A stretch of 64,000 bases of DNA from Daphnia carinata (Eukaryota). The translations under genes were made by a program, and so were the position numbers. Each line of letters starts with the position of its first letter. Within the stretch, counting starts at the first letter, position 1. The notes below the pieces were generated by a model. The model saw only the letters and a program-made list of their open reading frames with translations, had not been told where the DNA came from and made no database searches. Of this stretch, positions 57,850 through 64,000 are shown piece after piece. The DNA is taken from assembly GCF_022539665.2 (NCBI RefSeq), contig NC_081331.1, forward strand, positions 12,958,001 to 13,022,000. The letters run 5' to 3'.

Positions 57850-58810
57850 TACAGTGTTAATCTTCAAGCATCTAGCTACTCATCTCTATTAACACTTGTC
57901 GCTGAGACGAATCGTTATTCGCAATGATAATAATTAATATTCGAGGTTGTTAATAATTTAATCGTCTTCGAAAATCTCTTCACCACACTCTCAGGTCGCG
58001 TGCGTGATATAAAGCTGAGATACTTATGGCACTCGCAAATGAATTTTTCACATAAAACAGCAATCATCTTCACTGTAAGAGTGGTGAGAAGAAGAACTGT
58101 ACAGAGAATAGCGAAGAATTTTGTACTTAAAACTGGAATGGTATTCAATCTGGACTGTAAAGGAAGGAAGTCGCTGATCACCGTGTTCATTCCGATGATT
58201 CGATGCCAGAAAGACGAGCATCCAACGAGAGTCAAAGGAAAAAGGCACCCGGGAATTTCTCTAAATACAAAAAAAAGACGGTCGACCTATCAATAAAGGA
58301 AATAATAGAATGGAGTATTATGGATCTTTACTCCGAGCATGGCATTTCCCAATAAGCCAATTACCTTTGAAAGGAACACATGCCGGAGAGTCGGGACGCA
58401 ACAGGGAACAACGCAAGCCTTATAGACTATATAGGAATGCGTTAAACTGCACTTTTCAATAGAATGGCCCTTCGTTTTATGTTTGACATTGGCTTTATCC
58501 AATATTTAGTCTAGGAGGCTAGCATCCCTCTCAACTTCATATAGTAAAACGCCTGTGGTCTTTGGGGTTCTAAACGAAAACAACTGGCACCTACGATCTT
58601 ACGTGTCAATGAATAAGGAACTTCCCCTGTGCACCGCCTGTTTTATTCATGACCTCGGAAGTCTTGATCGTTTGTCCAGGGACGTCCGTTGGCGGCCCCT
58701 CTGTTATTTTGGTCCATTTTGTAAGAAATGAACTGGGATGGTTGTCCATCGCTATGGATCAAGTCGATTAAATGGCCCCTTCACCACGTCTGCCTCATGA
58801 ATCCATGATT
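57850..58810 (+). mobile_element. Possible highly degenerate Tc1/mariner-like transposon remnant
   Basis: TA|CAGTG at 57850. The ORF fragment VRRRTVQRIAKNFVLKTGMV...KGRKSL resembles a Tc1 N-terminal helix-turn-helix. GGPSVI (about 58691) and KWP......MNP (about 58770) loosely echo the GGGSVMVWG and WPxxSPDLNP motifs. I found no matching right TIR. Confidence 0.25.
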
Positions 58811-61102
58811 TTTCAATACGTTCCCCGCTTTTTTCCGCTTACGCTAAGTGCTCGTGTTGGGGTGGATACAAGAAATATTGACAATACAAGCGATGCGGTA
58901 TATAGCCGTATAAGAAAACCTTTACTGGCGGTGGTATGATCACATTGAAGATGTAAAACGTTCAACGTCAATGCACTTAAGAGCTCCGCCATGACGTCGA
59001 TTCTTCCGCGGCAGGTCTCTTCATGCCTGAACGACAAACTAATTGTATTTCTCCTGAAAGCGAATTTAATGTTTGGAAACGCGCTCGATACGCATCGTTT
59101 TTTCAATATATTTTACCTTCGCAAATTTAGTTGCGTTACAATCATTATGTTTAATTTTCATAGCGGCCTTTACAATGTTCGCTACCTGATGGGAAAAGCG
59201 CAGCTGATTGGGATAGCACATCATTGATAGCGCACAGCACTTAGCCAATGCTTGATGATGTCCTTGCTTCGTTCAGGTTTCTATCCATATCTGTGCTTCG
59301 TCCATTCGTCATCTTCTGTATTCAAAAAGACCAATCCAATACAATCAGCGGTAATAGATCGAATAGATTTTTTCTATGACGTTGGTTCGTGATTTAAACC
59401 ACAAGGAAAACGATGCTTGTCACGCCAATTGTTGGAACTGCTGTGCTGAAAATTTAGCACTGAAATAGATTTTTTATATTAAACAAAATCACTGTCCGTG
59501 ATGGCTGATTTTAATATACCGTTCACAGCTGCGAAGAAAAGAGAATATTTTGCGTAATAAATGCCCAGTGTGTTAATTTCTGGTGTTTTCTTTAATGAGC
59601 CCATCAACATTTTACGCCACCACATCGTTTTCAATTGATGTTCCCTTGCCCTCTTCCCAACTGCCCCTCTATGTCACTTGTGATGAGAGATCAGCTGTGC
59701 ATGACACTATCCATCAACATAGGATTCCCATTTTACTATACACCATTGGTTCTATTTCTTTAAATGCGTGACATAGCGGGAAGACATGCACAGCAGAAGG
59801 CTCTTTCTCTAGAACTCCGATTGTTGTTTGCAAACACAGATTGAAAATCCCACGCTTCCGAGACAAGGGCGATCGGAAGCCATTCTTTCATGTATTATGC
59901 ACACGGCCGCCGTCCTTATTCTTCTTTTTATTTTTTTTTAATGCAGAGCGAACGTACGATAATTGTTGGGCTTTCGTCTGCCATTCCGTCGAGTAGGGAT
60001 CCCAAGTGTAAGAAGCTACCAATACCTGTTGAAGAATACACGAGTACGATTTTGATTGATTTTCCCAAATGTCATGCAGATATGTATCGATCGCACATCG
60101 CAAAACTGAAAGAGTATGCGCTGATGCGGTTGGTGAATCTGATGCTGTTGAATAGACAATGGATATGGTTTTTTAAGAATTGATTTTTACGAAGTCAGGC
60201 CAAGAGGCACGATCGTGCGTGACGAGTCAAAGGGAAAAATATCATAACAAGATGACAGAGGGGGAGGCAAAAAGAGATCGCTTTTCTTTATCATCCGACT
60301 TGAGAATCTAAGCGAATTGAGGTATCGGTAGGAGAAGAAAAAAAAACACAAGGACGTCAGAAGTCAGGACGATGATGACGATGTTAGTGTGGCGTGCAGC
60401 TGTGTGGGTGGGGCGGCCGCTGTCTTCAACGTACGCGCACTGCACGAGCGGCTTTTGTGGATTACGGGTCGACTCTTTAATTGCCATTCCGTGTTCGCCA
60501 GTGACAACGGAGCCCGGTTCCTAATAATAAGAAGAAAGAAGATGGAAGACTATGGAATAGAAAAAAAAAAGGGCGAAACGATGAGCGATGAGAAGCCAAA
60601 GAGTTCGAGTGTTGTAAACTGTAGATATGCAGGGAATAAGACCACCGTAGGCCGAGTCGATGGCACATCAAAGGGAAGTCGAAATTTTTGCGGGCACACA
60701 ATCACTTCCTTAGCTCCGTTGCTCCGAAGCAATTCACAATCACTAATGTCAGGATGATATTATTCCGGTTGTTTGACTGTTCAATTACGAACACGCAATA
60801 ATGATAAGCTTTCCAAAATGGTGACATTTATTTCAATTTGTACTAAAATCAATGAATTGCTAAACATTTCAACGTGTACCGCCATCCATAGTTCTGTTTC
60901 CTCTCAATCAATTTAACACAACGCCAAGAGCCAGGGTTGAATACTACAAGTCGATAAAGAAAATAATTTCGCTAAAAACGGGAATCAATAGGGTGTGCAA
61001 CAGAAACATAATGCCGGCACGTAGTTAATGCTCATGTGTGAACATTTTACAAAACGCTGAAGGGATGCGCCTATATCTTCTATACGGGGGCTACTGGCTG
61101 CT

Positions 61103-61399
61103 TATACCATCCAGTAGGTTCCTGCATCCACATCAGTTCGTCAGCGCATAGTCAATAGCCTGGAAGAGCCCTTTCTCTTCCCGCCCTTTCTTGCTATAGC
61201 TTTAGCAATCTAGCTCGTCTTGCTCCCTCGTCGACATTCTATCCAGTGGTGACTCCTTGGACGGGCGTAGTCATCGCTTGAGCTCAGCACTGACGATTGC
61301 TGGACAATCTGTTTCGTTTCACACATCCATTCTTGCCAGCAAGGCTCTACATCTGCCTATCTTAATTGTGGCCTAAATCTAGTCAGTCAACATCGAAAG
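61103..61399 (+). promoter_or_regulatory. Candidate core promoter and non-coding exon 1 of the VMAT gene
   Basis: Inr TCAGTT at 61133-61138, a weak TATA-like TTATA about 30 nt upstream, and a donor AAG|GTAAT at 61399/61400. The VMAT ATG exon has an upstream acceptor, so a non-coding exon is expected somewhere upstream. Confidence 0.35.
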
Positions 61400-63593
61400 G
61401 TAATACAACTATATTTCTATTGCACACTGACTTCTCTTCCGTACTTCAATATCAAGCTAATAGAGATTTTATTTGAACGGATGATTCCAGTAGGTCCAGC
61501 AATGACTTGACAGGTGCGCCTGAAAACAAAAATCAAGGTAAAAAGCAACAACTGATTGTAATAGTACTGCGTACGTACATGGCCCAACATGTTGCCTTTT
61601 GATAACATTAATCAAAGCCATCGTGATCCATGATTCCGACAATCGGATGTATTACGCATGACCCAACGAAGCGCCAGGAAAAGGAAGAGAAAAAAAAATG
61701 AAAGAACAGAGAATTAGAAAAAGAAGGCATTCGTTGCATGTAATCAGTTGAGCATGATCCGGTTGCCATTGAAATTGATTGTTTCTATTCTTCTCCTCTT
61801 TGCGCGTCCTGAATGCAACCGCTTTAACATGATTGTTGACTACGAATCAGCTGATACGTTCTCTAATTTTGCGTTTTGTCATGTACCATCAAGCACGACA
61901 TGGTCGTTCCACATTTGTTCAAAACTTGGCTTAGAAAATCGTGTATAATATAGTGCGCTAGGCACAGTGCGTTATTTTCCACCATTCAGTCCGTGTGTAA
62001 AGATCAATTGGCCTGGATAAGCTTATGAAATAGTACTTCAAGAATTTCATTTCAATTTTAATGAATTTCTTGTACATTTCATTTTGGCTGAGACTATCCG
62101 TTATTTACGTAAGGTTAATGTAATGTCATACCGCAAGCGAATTTGATGACAGTGCAATGACTCCACATCAGCTTTAGATTGCCAATTAACAACCTGTCTC
62201 TCTAACACACATTAAGTAAGCCACCATTCACCTTTAGCCTGTCCCAGCTCAATCAAGAATTTCCATCCGTCCTCTATTCTTTATCGATAAAAATCATTTA
62301 CTCGTCCGCTCTTATCTTCCCTTGTTAATGAAATTGCCGACGGAAGGCCTAGAGCTACGAAGAATGTGCTAATAGACAGGCACGAGAACGGGAAAGACAG
62401 GAAGGCAAATGGGTTTAACAAAAGATGTTGGTCTGCCACGAAAAGAAAATCAAAAGTCCCAACCAAGGTCTTAAGTTGTTGCTCCGGGCAGACCGTCCAT
62501 GACAATCAATTCCAATCAGGCACGTCGTGGCATTAGGCAGCCATATAGACTTTATTAAAACTTGGAAAAAATTATTTCGTTTGGCGAAAGCTCCAGGAAC
62601 AGTATGTCGCTCCCTGGAGAAATGAAAAATGAATAGCAGTAGAACTACACACACACAAAAAAAGGGCTCTAATAATTGAAATCTTTCTTTGTGTGTGTGA
62701 TTTTCTTTTTTCATTCATCATCATTTGATCTTTTCTCTTCAAGTTGGCTACGAGGACGTCCATCCTAGCTTCATCTTCAGATTTTCTCTGACGAGTCATT
62801 GTTTCAAATTTCACAGCTCCCATCCCCACATGCTCACATTTTGCCCTCACTGTGTAAAAACCGAGGCGCTTGCCACCACCGCTATTGATAAACGCAGTGC
62901 TTCCCCTTTTCTTTCCAAGTACAGCAACAACCGTCTTGTACTACATTAGGCTCCAAAGCGGGGACCACTACGTGCTTGGACGTGATGAAACATTGATTGG
63001 GTTTCTTTATGCCAAGTCTGTTATCATATGTGAATGGGAGCTGAGCGAAGCCAACAGTCGTGGGCTGCTTGGATAACATTATATCAGTCGACAAGCGTGC
63101 TCACAAGAGGACGAAGTCAATCAGAAAGAAACTCTGTACTGGGCGGCAATGGATGTTCTACGCTAGATACAGTCACATACCTACAAATAACACAGATATA
63201 GCTCTAGCAGTTTGTAATCCTCTTTTCCTTCGTGTTATATTTTGCCTCTTTTTTTCTTCCACCTTTGATTGGGCTCTTTCCTACACCCTGTAAGTGAACG
63301 ACGTAGGGGGTTAAGAAACTGTTGAACACGTTCGACAGCAATCACGATCTGCTGGATGGTGGTAGTGAAGTGTATATAGGTAGGTATCCTATAATTCCGT
63401 TGACAGGAATACATTTCGATCGAACAACAATAGATATCGTGCAGCTAAACTAATTTTGAAACCAACGATGGATCTTGGATTTGACAATTCATGTTGAGCT
63501 CTTGCGCTATCCAATCATGTTTTGTCTTTTTCTTCTTGATGTTTCTGTTTTTTTTTAAGGAGACCATCTTCACGGAGGCTGCTATCGTCCAAC

Positions 63594-63714
63594 ATGGGGC
63601 TCCTCAGCGAGGAATCGATGGAATTCCTGGAGCGATGCCGCCGCTCGCGCCGTTTGGTGCTCATCATCGTGGCCATTGCGCTCCTGTTGGACAACATGCT
63701 GCTCACAACTGTAG
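63594..63714 (+). CDS. Vmat: Vesicular monoamine transporter (SLC18A1/2, VMAT), first coding exon; the gene continues beyond the window
   Basis: Not in the ORF track. ATG at 63594 gives MGLLSEESMEFLERCRRSRRLVLIIVAIALLLDNMLLTTV followed by G|gtaag. ALLLDNMLLTxV is the SLC18 TM1 signature; LLT rather than LYM points to VMAT rather than VAChT. A T-rich AAG acceptor ends at 63559. Confidence 0.88.
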
Positions 63715-64000
63715 GTAAGAATTGCAAGAACTGCTAACCAAGGATTTAAAAAAAAACGGAATTAAAATATTGGCATTTTAAAATTCGAATGGACAGTGGA
63801 TAAATGCAAGATCAAAATGTTGCTTTGGTAGCAGTCGATTTGTTTTGCAATCGAATAATGTTTCCGATCGAACCTTTCCTATCAGAGAATCTGTGTGCTG
63901 AAATGAGATGCCATTGTAAAGATGATGGATCGATAGGCCAACGTTCTTTATATGCCTATTGTAGCTCAACTGAAAGCAGGGAAGTGGCTGCCTTCAAATG

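Overview
This is eukaryotic, intron-containing animal DNA, not prokaryotic. The 60-90 nt introns, compact gene packing and arthropod-type proteins suggest a crustacean such as Daphnia (inference). The left half (1-30 kb) holds the 3' part of a + strand TMTC3 protein O-mannosyltransferase gene, whose two very long introns are full of homopolymers and microsatellites. At 31.06-32.8 kb lies an AT-rich tandem array (about 2.4 copies of a ~700 bp unit) in which each unit is itself a ~620 bp fold-back palindrome; it sits between the convergent 3' ends of TMTC3 and ARF1. A gene-dense block follows: ARF1 (-), SUMO (-), an uncharacterised secreted coiled-coil protein (-), and CABIN1 (-) head-to-head with ETFA (+). 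The first coding exon of a vesicular monoamine transporter (VMAT/SLC18, +) is at the right edge. I built exon models by hand from GT-AG sites and reading-frame continuity. I found no CRISPR array, rRNA or tRNA, and no clearly novel multi-gene system. The best leads are the palindromic array, the orphan secreted protein and the motif content of the CABIN1 tail.
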